Assembly: GCA_965243205.1 (NCBI GenBank)
Contig: CBDEUK010000002.1
Location: forward strand, 1,152,001-1,216,000
Origin: Gammaproteobacteria bacterium
GTDB lineage: Bacteria; Pseudomonadota; Gammaproteobacteria; Eutrophobiales; Eutrophobiaceae
Reading direction: 5' to 3'
DNA: 64,000 bases
A program made the translations under genes and the position numbers. The notes under the pieces are model-generated. The model made no database searches, had not been told where the DNA came from, and saw only the letters and a program-made list of their open reading frames with translations. Shown here piece by piece: positions 19,320 to 28,310 of the stretch; the stretch's first letter is position 1, and every line of letters starts with the position of its first letter.

Positions 19320-20486
19320 TTATTGAATTGTTACTTCTTGGCCTTCACTCAAGGCCGCCACATCGGAAGCAACGATTTTCACACCTGACTGAATGCCTGA
19401 AACGGCTTGGATATTTTCATGTCTTGCTAATAATGTAATCGCAACACGTTGTAATTTTTGTTCTTCATCGACTAAAAAAAGATAGGTCTTACCTTCATCG
19501 TATAAAATAGCGCTTAATGGAACAACCGATACATCGTTAAACTTTTCTCCAGGTAATATCGCCTTTGCTAACTGACCCGAATATAAACCTTCACCTGACA
19601 TACGAATGAGTATGGCATGGGTCATCGTATTTGCATTGGGATCAGGTTCGATAGAAAGTATTTGAGCAATACGTTTATCTTCTTCAAATAGAATTTCAAT
19701 ATCTTGTCCGACCGAGAGCCTTGACATGGTTTTGCCTGTCACCTCTAAATACAAATCCATTTCATTCAGTTGAACCAATTCTAAAGCAATTTCACCAGAA
19801 CGAGCATAATCTCCAATTTCATACTCGACGGTATTAATTGTTGCATCAAACGGTGAACGTAATTCGGTTCTATCGATGTTCCGTTGCGCCATATTGACTT
19901 TGCTTTCTCGTAAAGCGATTTTGGCCTTAGCCACATTGACACTACTGCTTAAGCGAGATTTTTCAGATTTTAACTGCCATAAAGTAGTCAATGCTTTATC
20001 GTAGTTTGATTTAGAAGCTAGGGATTTTTGGCCAAGCTGTTCTAATCGTTTTACTTCGCGTTGTTGGATATCGATTTCTTTATTAATGATGTTTAGTTGT
20101 TGACGATCACGTGTCACATTTGCTTGCTCCAATTCCTTCTCAGCCATAGCTTCTTGTAACCGATCTTGATAATCACCATCATTGATAGTCAATAATAATT
20201 GACCTTGTTTGACCTCCTGACCCGGCTCGATGTATCGGGCAGAAACTTGCCCACTGATTTCAAAACGTAATTTTGAGCGTTTTGCTGGCTGAATTTTCCC
20301 CGTTAACACGCGTTCAGCAGCAAGATCTTGTTTGAGGACGTCAGTGACGGTGACTCGACTGATTGGTAATGCCCTTAATTCAGCCTTGGTTTCGGGTTTA
20401 GTCCAATCCAAAACCATGATAGAAGCTATCACTACAACTAAAACGACTAATATTCTAAATAATGCCATAATGTTAAATTTACCCAA
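19320..20486 (-). CDS. RND periplasmic adaptor (MFP)
   Basis: LRFEISGQV..., long coiled coil, LRSPFDATI, VPLSAI. Confidence 0.92.
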   Translation of the reverse strand: MGKFNIMALFRILVVLVVVIASIMVLDWTKPETKAELRALPISRVTVTDVLKQDLAAERVLTGKIQPAKRSKLRFEISGQVSARYIEPGQEVKQGQLLLTINDGDYQDRLQEAMAEKELEQANVTRDRQQLNIINKEIDIQQREVKRLEQLGQKSLASKSNYDKALTTLWQLKSEKSRLSSSVNVAKAKIALRESKVNMAQRNIDRTELRSPFDATINTVEYEIGDYARSGEIALELVQLNEMDLYLEVTGKTMSRLSVGQDIEILFEEDKRIAQILSIEPDPNANTMTHAILIRMSGEGLYSGQLAKAILPGEKFNDVSVVPLSAILYDEGKTYLFLVDEEQKLQRVAITLLARHENIQAVSGIQSGVKIVASDVAALSEGQEVTIQ

Positions 20487-20598
20487 CTAAAGTCCTTTTG
20501 ACTAAAAACTCACATAAAAATTTGATGCAAAATCAAATCTGTGCGATTTTAGCAAATATAACTCGTTAATAAGAATTCTAATTAATTACTATAAAGTA

Positions 20599-22863
20599 AT
20601 GCTGATAAGAAATACCACTGTATGTTTTTTACTATTGGGGGTGGGGAGTACTAGTTCAGTTTGGTCAGAGGAATCCGCTAAGGATTCCAGCTGGTCACAT
20701 TGCCCTAGCTCTCTTGGCATTCCTGCGCGCCCAATAATCAAAGATAAATTACTCGCCGATGACATTCTGATCACGGCAGATGAAGCTGAATTGGTGGATG
20801 AAGGCATCTCAGATCTCACTGGTAAAGTTGAAATTACACAGGATCAGCAACAAATTCAGTCCGATCGGGTTTTATACGACAAAACAAATAATTCCGCTGA
20901 TTTATCAGGCAATGTGAAATATTGGGATAATGCCCTATTCTTGGATAGTGACAAAGCCCATGTAGAAATGAATGATAATACGGGCACATTTACCAATACC
21001 GATTACCGCATTATCGATAATAGAGGTAGAGGCCAGGCTAAAACCCTTGAATATGTGAGTGGTATTAGCACGACATTACACAATGTGGACTTTTCCACTT
21101 GCCAACCTGAAGATAATTTCTGGAAATTGAAAGCCGATAAAATCAAACTGGATCATATAGATGAAGTTGGAAGTGCTCGAAACGTGGTACTTAAAATTAA
21201 AGATGTACCGGTTTTTTATACACCTTATATCTCTTTCCCATTAAGCGACAAACGTAAATCAGGCTTCCTCTCTCCAAGCGTAGGTACCTCAAACCAATAC
21301 GGTTTTGAAACCAGAACACCCTATTATTGGAATATTGCACCAAATATGGATGCTACTATCACACCAAGAGTTCTGACTGATAGTGGCTTAATGCTGATGA
21401 CAGAATACCGCTATATGTTTAGCCGAGGTTCTGGAGAGGTTAACTTTGAATACCTAGCAAACGATAGTAATTTCAATGATGAAGACCGTAATTTGTTCGG
21501 TTTACGTCATGAACAAAGTTTTTTGGATACCGGTAATCTATTTCTTACCTATAACCGAGTTTCAGATAATGAATATTTTGAAGACTTTGGAACGAATATT
21601 GAGATTACGAGTACTCGATTTTTAGAACAACGAGCTCAAGCTACCTACTATGGTAGTTGGTGGGATGCATCTTTGATGTTGCAAAATTTCCAAACAGTCG
21701 ATCGTTCTTTACCAACTACTTCAAGACCCTTTAAACGTTTACCTCAAATCCATTTCAATGCGTATTCACCATACAATAACAAGCAATTTAATTTTGGTTT
21801 TGAATCACAATTTTCTTATTTTGATCGCAGTGATAGTTCAGGTATTTCGACTGACGATAATGCTTACCGTATAGATTTATATCCTTATGTTTCTTATCCA
21901 ATACGCTCAATGGCGGGTTATATCGAACCTAAGATTGGCGTTCGTTATACCCAATACTCAATTGAAAACCCGTCTAATTTTGATTCAAGTCCATCGCGTA
22001 CCAGCCCAATTTTAAGTGTTGATAGTGGTTTATTCTTCGAACGCAATACAAACTTATTTGGTAATGCATTTATACAAACTTTAGAACCACAAGCCTACTA
22101 TTTATATATCCCTGAAGATGAACAAGACAATTTACCGATATTCGATACTGGGGTCTATGATTTTACTTATTACAGCCTGTTCAGGGAGAACCGCTTTAGT
22201 GGAGTTGATAGATTAGGGGATGCGAATCAATTTACACTAGCTTTAACCAGCCGATTTATTAATCACGATACAGGTGATGAACTTGGATATGTTCGTTTTG
22301 GTCAAATTTATTATATTGATGATCGCGAAACAACCTTCACCAACCTAGTCAACCGCGGAGAAAGCAGTTCTCCAATAGTCTCCGAACTGCAATTTAATTT
22401 ATATCAAAACTGGAAGGTACGTACAGAATATCAATGGGATCCAGATCAAAATCGTACACAAAAGCTTACCGGACAGGTTCAATATAATTCTGGCGATGGT
22501 AAAGTACTGAATTTAGCCTATCGTGTTAGACATGATCAGCAACAGTTCATTACCAGTCGATTTCCCAGTATAGAACAAAGTGATATTTCATTTAGATGGC
22601 CACTCAATCATAAATGGAACGTGGTTGGCCGTTGGAATCATGCAGTTCCTGAAAACCGTTCAATTGAAATGTTTGGTGGTGTGGAATATCAAGACTGCTG
22701 TTGGGGAGTACGAGCTGTTGCAAGACGCTATCTAACCGATATTACTGGAGAACAACAAACAGGGATTTTTTTACAGTTTGAACTCAAAGGCTTAGCAGGT
22801 GTCGGTAAAAAGACATCAGAATTTTTAAAACAAAATATCCGCGGTTACGACAGTGAATTTTAA
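20599..22863 (+). CDS. lptD: LPS assembly protein LptD
   Basis: PVFYTPYISFPLSDKRKSGFL, PYYWNIAPNMD, QTLEPQAYYLY, DCCW, FELKGL. Confidence 0.97.
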   Translation: MLIRNTTVCFLLLGVGSTSSVWSEESAKDSSWSHCPSSLGIPARPIIKDKLLADDILITADEAELVDEGISDLTGKVEITQDQQQIQSDRVLYDKTNNSADLSGNVKYWDNALFLDSDKAHVEMNDNTGTFTNTDYRIIDNRGRGQAKTLEYVSGISTTLHNVDFSTCQPEDNFWKLKADKIKLDHIDEVGSARNVVLKIKDVPVFYTPYISFPLSDKRKSGFLSPSVGTSNQYGFETRTPYYWNIAPNMDATITPRVLTDSGLMLMTEYRYMFSRGSGEVNFEYLANDSNFNDEDRNLFGLRHEQSFLDTGNLFLTYNRVSDNEYFEDFGTNIEITSTRFLEQRAQATYYGSWWDASLMLQNFQTVDRSLPTTSRPFKRLPQIHFNAYSPYNNKQFNFGFESQFSYFDRSDSSGISTDDNAYRIDLYPYVSYPIRSMAGYIEPKIGVRYTQYSIENPSNFDSSPSRTSPILSVDSGLFFERNTNLFGNAFIQTLEPQAYYLYIPEDEQDNLPIFDTGVYDFTYYSLFRENRFSGVDRLGDANQFTLALTSRFINHDTGDELGYVRFGQIYYIDDRETTFTNLVNRGESSSPIVSELQFNLYQNWKVRTEYQWDPDQNRTQKLTGQVQYNSGDGKVLNLAYRVRHDQQQFITSRFPSIEQSDISFRWPLNHKWNVVGRWNHAVPENRSIEMFGGVEYQDCCWGVRAVARRYLTDITGEQQTGIFLQFELKGLAGVGKKTSEFLKQNIRGYDSEF

Positions 22864-24160
22864 ACAGGTTTTAAAACGGGCCTGGAAACAATATGTTTCT
22901 GGCTTTCTACTTCTATTTTTTTCAATTTCTCTCTATTCAGGCACTCCGATCGATAGAATTGTCGCAGTAGTCAATGATGATATAATTATGGAATCTGAAC
23001 TCATAAACCGTATGCGTATCATCGCTGCTCAATTAAACCAAAAGAATCAATCGCCACCACCAAAACCTGCGTTTGAAAAACAAATTTTAGAAAGCATTAT
23101 TATTCAAAAAGTACAATTACAAAGGGCCGCAGAGACCGGTATCAGAGTTGATGATGAAACCTTAAACCGCAGTGTTCGTGGTATGGCTGAGCAAAATGGC
23201 GTGTCCTTAAAACAATTTCGTGACATCTTGGAAAACGATGGATTCAGCTTTGAACAATTTCGTGAAGACATACGTAATGAGATTATCATTAGCCGTTTGA
23301 AACAACGGCAAATTATCAATCGAATATCAATTACGGATAGAGAAATTGATAATTTCCTCGCCAATGCAGAAACTCAAGGTTTAATGGAGACTACCTATCA
23401 TATAGGTCATATTCTCATTGCTGCCACTGAAGGCTCTAACGAAGAAGATAAACAACAAAAAAAAATGATCGCGCAAAAAGCTGTTGAAGATCTTAGAGCA
23501 GGCCAAGATTTCGCTGAACTAGCAATTAGAATTTCTGATGGCCAACAAGCAGCTGAAGGCGGCGACCTTGGCTGGCGAAAAGGAAATGAAATACCGTCAT
23601 TATTCTCACGCTTTGTAAAAGACATGCAAGCAGGTGATATCAGCGATGTCATAGAAAATTCCAGTGGCTTTCATATAGTTAAGCTCTTGGATATATCTAG
23701 TGGCGATAAGAAAATGATTCGCCAAACACGAGCTAGTCATATATTGCTCAAAACAAATGAAGTCACTACGAATGAAGTCGCAATAGAAAAACTTGAACAG
23801 TTTCTTTATCGTATCCAACAAGGTGAAGATTTTGCGCAAATCGCTAAATCCAACTCTGATGACATGATCAGCGCCCTTGAAGGTGGTGACTTAGGTTGGC
23901 GTAGTCCAGGAGAATTAGTCCCACAATTTGAAGCAGAAATGGATGCGCTCGAAATTGGTGGAATTAGTGAGCCATTTCAAACTCAATTTGGCTGGCATAT
24001 TCTTACGGTATTGGAACGTCGCGATTTCGATAACTCTGATAATGCTAAACGTAGTCAAGCTAGAGAAGCAATTAGACAACGCAAAATACGAGAAAATGAA
24101 CAAGAATGGGTGCGTAATTTACGCGAAGAAGCTTTTGTAGAATATCGAATTGATGGCTAA
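22853..24160 (+). CDS. surA: Periplasmic chaperone/PPIase SurA
   Basis: DRIVAVVNDDII; two parvulin domains with GGDLGW; follows lptD. Confidence 0.96.
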   Translation: MNFKQVLKRAWKQYVSGFLLLFFSISLYSGTPIDRIVAVVNDDIIMESELINRMRIIAAQLNQKNQSPPPKPAFEKQILESIIIQKVQLQRAAETGIRVDDETLNRSVRGMAEQNGVSLKQFRDILENDGFSFEQFREDIRNEIIISRLKQRQIINRISITDREIDNFLANAETQGLMETTYHIGHILIAATEGSNEEDKQQKKMIAQKAVEDLRAGQDFAELAIRISDGQQAAEGGDLGWRKGNEIPSLFSRFVKDMQAGDISDVIENSSGFHIVKLLDISSGDKKMIRQTRASHILLKTNEVTTNEVAIEKLEQFLYRIQQGEDFAQIAKSNSDDMISALEGGDLGWRSPGELVPQFEAEMDALEIGGISEPFQTQFGWHILTVLERRDFDNSDNAKRSQAREAIRQRKIRENEQEWVRNLREEAFVEYRIDG

Positions 24161-25142
24161 TCGTTGCCCTCGAATTGCCATAACACCGGGTGAACCAGCT
24201 GGTGCTGGACCTGATATAGCGATTAAACTAGCGGTAGAAACTATCGATGCAGAATTAGTCTATATCGCAAGCCCTTCACTGTTAGAATCTCGTGCTAAGC
24301 AATTAGGTAAAAACATTATTATCGAAGAATTTAATCCTTCTGATTCTTCATCAATATCCCCTCCTAATACGCTCAAAGTATTACCTGTCGATTTAAATTC
24401 AGATGTGAAAGTTGGTGAACTTAGCCCGAAAAATGCGCATTATGTTTTAGAGACCTTAACGACTGCTGCTGAAGGCTGTTTAGACAAAACCTTCGACGCA
24501 ATGACTACAGGTCCAGTACAAAAATCTATTATAAATGATGCTGGCCATACTTTTAGTGGTCATACTGAATATTTAGCTGAACTATGCAATAACGCTTACC
24601 CAGTGATGATGCTTGCGAACAATCAAGTTCGAGTTGCATTAGTAACCACCCACTTACCATTAAATCAAGTCAGTTCAAGTATAAATAAAACAATCATTAA
24701 ACAAACTGTAGAAATCGTGAATAACGATCTCAAACAATGGTTTGGCATTAAACATCCTAAGATATTAGTCTGTGGTTTAAATCCACATGCTGGAGAACAA
24801 GGTCATTTGGGTATGGAAGAAATCGAAATCATTGAACCCGCTCTGAAAGCGTTAGAAGGAATAAATATTCAAGGCCCTCTTCCAGCCGATACTATCTTTA
24901 CCCAAGATTGGTTGAGCAAAGCAGATGTCGTTGTCTCCATGTTTCATGATCAAGGTTTACCTGCTCTAAAGGCTTTAGGCTTTGGCGAAACCGTTAATGT
25001 GACACTAGGTTTGCCAATTATTCGCACGTCGGTAGATCATGGAACCGCCTTAGATTTAGCAGGTACTGGCAAAGCCAGCCATTCAAGTTTAATGGCAGCG
25101 GTTAAGATGGCGATTGATCTAGCGAATAACCGTAAACTCTAA
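24153..25142 (+). CDS. pdxA: 4-hydroxythreonine-4-phosphate dehydrogenase
   Basis: ITPGEPAGAGPD, GHTEYL, GLNPHAGE, HDQGL, RTSVDHGTA. Confidence 0.97.
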   Translation: MANRCPRIAITPGEPAGAGPDIAIKLAVETIDAELVYIASPSLLESRAKQLGKNIIIEEFNPSDSSSISPPNTLKVLPVDLNSDVKVGELSPKNAHYVLETLTTAAEGCLDKTFDAMTTGPVQKSIINDAGHTFSGHTEYLAELCNNAYPVMMLANNQVRVALVTTHLPLNQVSSSINKTIIKQTVEIVNNDLKQWFGIKHPKILVCGLNPHAGEQGHLGMEEIEIIEPALKALEGINIQGPLPADTIFTQDWLSKADVVVSMFHDQGLPALKALGFGETVNVTLGLPIIRTSVDHGTALDLAGTGKASHSSLMAAVKMAIDLANNRKL

Positions 25143-25151
25143 ACTAGATTT

Positions 25152-25940
25152 ATGAATCAACATATTCCTCGCAAAAGGTTTGGGCAAAACTTTTTACATG
25201 ATAAAAGCTATATAGAGCGCATTATTAATAGCTTAAATATCCCTGAGTCGGAATCGATTGTTGAAATCGGCCCCGGCCAAGGTGCTTTAACTTATCCCTT
25301 GTTACAACAATATAAAAAACTTGCCGTTATTGAATTAGACCGCGACTTGTTGAGCAATCTTGAACAACAAGGAAAAGAATATGGAGATTTACAGATTTAT
25401 AATGAAGATGCACTGAAATTTGATTTTCACAAACTAAATACAAATTCACTGCATATTATTGGCAACTTGCCTTATAACATTTCAACTCCTATTTTATTTC
25501 ACCTCTTTCAGCATTTAGATTTAATCGCATCAATGACATTCATGTTGCAAAAAGAAGTGGTTGATAGATTAGCTGCGGATGTAAACGACTCTAATTTTAG
25601 CCGTCTATCCGTAATGGCTCAGTACTATTGCGATGTGGAAAAATTATTCGATGTACCACCAGGCGCGTTTTTTCCTCCGCCTAAAGTAATGTCTTCGGTT
25701 GTCAGTCTTCGCCCGAAAGAGCAATCTTCTTCATTGGAAGAACAGACTTTATTTTCTAAAATCGTAAAACAAGCTTTTTCCCAGCGACGAAAAGTCCTGA
25801 AAACAAATCTCAAACAATGGCTCTCAATTGAAGATTTCACTACCTTGGATATCAATCCAAGCTGTCGTGCTCAAGAGTTATCGGTTGAAGACTACATAGT
25901 AATCACTAACTATGTTAAATCGAATTCACTCACAGAATAA
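25152..25940 (+). CDS. rsmA: 16S rRNA dimethyladenosine transferase
   Basis: RKRFGQNFL, EIGPGQG, GNLPYNIS, FPPPKVMS. Confidence 0.97.
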   Translation: MNQHIPRKRFGQNFLHDKSYIERIINSLNIPESESIVEIGPGQGALTYPLLQQYKKLAVIELDRDLLSNLEQQGKEYGDLQIYNEDALKFDFHKLNTNSLHIIGNLPYNISTPILFHLFQHLDLIASMTFMLQKEVVDRLAADVNDSNFSRLSVMAQYYCDVEKLFDVPPGAFFPPPKVMSSVVSLRPKEQSSSLEEQTLFSKIVKQAFSQRRKVLKTNLKQWLSIEDFTTLDINPSCRAQELSVEDYIVITNYVKSNSLTE

Positions 25941-25943
25941 ACC

Positions 25944-26129
25944 TGTGGATAACTCTGTGAATTATCTCTCGCCAATAAACCGTTATTGTCAATAGTAAAA
26001 AAGTCTGCATTTTCTTAAAATTCAATTTTTATTTTTATCTTCAATTATTTAAAAGCTTTTTTAATACTAATACCTTTAATTTTGCATGTAAGTTTATCTA
26101 TTGAAGGCGAGTTAACTCTCTGTGAATAA
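25944..26129. promoter_or_regulatory. Cluster of DnaA-box-like sites
   Basis: TGTGGATAA (25944-25952, perfect), TGTGAATTA (25956-25964) and TGTGAATAA (26121-26129) around an AT-rich spacer. Confidence 0.55.
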
Positions 26130-26250
26130 CATTTTTATTTGAATCTATTTTTCTTATGAAAAAATAAAAATTATCTTTATAGTAAGTGATTACTTATAGC
26201 GATTTTAAGTCACAAAGTCGTTATACTCCCCACCACGAAAAGGCTCAAAA

Positions 26251-26793
26251 ATGCATAATAAAAATAATAATCTCATTCAACTGCTTAAGAGAATCCGATC
26301 GTTCATTGATTGCTTTATTGAATCATCTGGCAAGCTGATTTCCTGGCTAGTTATCATTCTAGTGTTATTGGTCAGTTACGACGTAGCAATGCGCTATATC
26401 TTCAATCAAGGTTCTATTGCCATCCAAGAATTAGAATGGCATCTGTTTTCACTAATCTTCTTGCTTGGTGCGGCCTACACCTTAAAACATGACGAACATG
26501 TACGTCTCGACTTATTTTATCAAAGCAATTTCAGCAGTGAACGCCTGCGTGCATGGATTAATTTAATCGGCTCGCTGGTGATCTTAATCCCAGTTTGCTG
26601 TCTTATTTTTAATACTTCCTGGTTTTTCGCGCTAAACGCTTTCAACTTTCAAGAAGGTTCCCCTGATCCAGGGGGCCTGCCCTACCGATGGATACTAAAA
26701 GCTGCAATACCTTTTGGTTTTCTATTATTAATTATTCAAGGCATTTCAGAAGCAATTAAAAACGCCCTATTCTTATTAGAGAACCGAACATGA
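26251..26793 (+). CDS. dctQ: TRAP transporter small permease
   Basis: QELEWHLF, GAAYTLKHDEHVRLD, EGSPDPGGLP; 4 TM. Confidence 0.92.
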   Translation: MHNKNNNLIQLLKRIRSFIDCFIESSGKLISWLVIILVLLVSYDVAMRYIFNQGSIAIQELEWHLFSLIFLLGAAYTLKHDEHVRLDLFYQSNFSSERLRAWINLIGSLVILIPVCCLIFNTSWFFALNAFNFQEGSPDPGGLPYRWILKAAIPFGFLLLIIQGISEAIKNALFLLENRT

Positions 26794-28103
26794 CTTTAGC
26801 CATACTGCTCATGTTTGTATGTCTGATGATCCTGTTACTAGTAGGATATCCAGTCGCCTTCACGTTGGGTTTTGTGGCATTGGTCTTTGGTTCAATCTTT
26901 CTAGGCATTGAATTCTTTAATCTATTGCCATTAAGAATTTGGGGCATCATGAATAACTTCACGCTACTTGCGGTACCGTTATTCGTATTTATGGGCATTA
27001 TTTTAGAAAAAGCAGGATTGGCTGAAGATTTACTCGAAACAATGGGTCGTCTATTCGGGAGGATGCGAGGCGGTCTAGCGATTTCAGTAGTCATCGTTGG
27101 TGCAATGCTCGCAGCAACAACAGGAGTCGTAGGTGCAACTGTCGTAACAATGGGCGTCATTGCATTACCTGCAATGTTAAAACATAACTACTGTCCAAAG
27201 TTAGCCACTGGGACTATTGCCGCCTCAGGCACATTAGGGCAAATTATTCCACCGAGTATCATTTTAATTTTATTAGGCGACGTAATCGGTGTGCCCGTGG
27301 GTCGATTATTTATGGGTGCCGTTGTACCAGGTGTTTTATTAGTGAGTTTATTTTTACTCTACATATCGATTCGAGCATGGTTACAACCTAACGTTGCTCC
27401 AGCCTTACAAAATAACGATGATGAGCATTTATTATCAAAAGTATTCTTCACCTTATTACCCCCATTGTTTTTAATCGTTGCAGTATTAGGCTCCATCTTC
27501 TTTGGTATTGCATCACCAACTGAATCCGCTGCAGTTGGCGCAGTCGGTGCTATGTTACTTGCGTTATCACATAAAAAATTAACCTTAAAAAATTTAACTG
27601 AGTCCATGCAATCCACTACACGTATTACTAGCATGGTATTTCTAATTCTGATCGGTGCAACCGCTTTTGGCATGGTGTTTACAGGAATGGGTGGTGAACA
27701 AATGGTGAAAGATGCTATTCAACATGTGCCCGGAGGTTCTTGGGGGTTCTTATTTATAAGTATGTTGATAATCTTTTTATTAGGTTTCTTTTTAGACTTT
27801 CTACAAATCTGTTTTATCGTAGTTCCGATCATTGCACCCATCGCACAAAGTCTTGGCATTGATTTATTATGGTTTGCGATCTTAATTGCCGTGAACTTAC
27901 AAACTTCGTTTTTAACACCGCCGTTTGGTTTTTCACTGTTTTATTTAAAAGCCGTTTGTCCTGAAAACATAAAAATTCAAGATATCTATTCAGGCATCAT
28001 TCCATTTGTAATCATACAAATACTAACCATTGCTTTACTAATGCTTATACCTGAATTAATTACGTGGTTACCTAACAAAATGGATGCCATGAGTGGTTTA
28101 TAA
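26790..28103 (+). CDS. dctM: TRAP transporter large permease
   Basis: LLAVPLFVFMG, ASGTLGQIIPPS, NLQTSFLTPPFGFSLFYLK. Confidence 0.94.
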   Translation: MTLAILLMFVCLMILLLVGYPVAFTLGFVALVFGSIFLGIEFFNLLPLRIWGIMNNFTLLAVPLFVFMGIILEKAGLAEDLLETMGRLFGRMRGGLAISVVIVGAMLAATTGVVGATVVTMGVIALPAMLKHNYCPKLATGTIAASGTLGQIIPPSIILILLGDVIGVPVGRLFMGAVVPGVLLVSLFLLYISIRAWLQPNVAPALQNNDDEHLLSKVFFTLLPPLFLIVAVLGSIFFGIASPTESAAVGAVGAMLLALSHKKLTLKNLTESMQSTTRITSMVFLILIGATAFGMVFTGMGGEQMVKDAIQHVPGGSWGFLFISMLIIFLLGFFLDFLQICFIVVPIIAPIAQSLGIDLLWFAILIAVNLQTSFLTPPFGFSLFYLKAVCPENIKIQDIYSGIIPFVIIQILTIALLMLIPELITWLPNKMDAMSGL

Positions 28104-28310
28104 TTTTCAAATTAAACAGCCACTTATTGGGAAGCTTTATTGTAATAAGTCAAATTAGATATAGATTAATAGGTCATACTCTATTCATAAAATAATATTT
28201 TTGTCGATAGGGTATACTTACGAATCCAATGGATATTGGAATCAGCTAAGAATATAGGTTTTATATATTCGGTTCAGATATTTAATATTTGAATATGATT
28301 TTGATTAATA

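Noticed and set aside
28184-28210. Sigma-28 promoter for the CHASE-GGDEF-EAL gene
   Set aside because: GTCGATAG is present but there is no good -35 at 15-nt spacing; left as weak.
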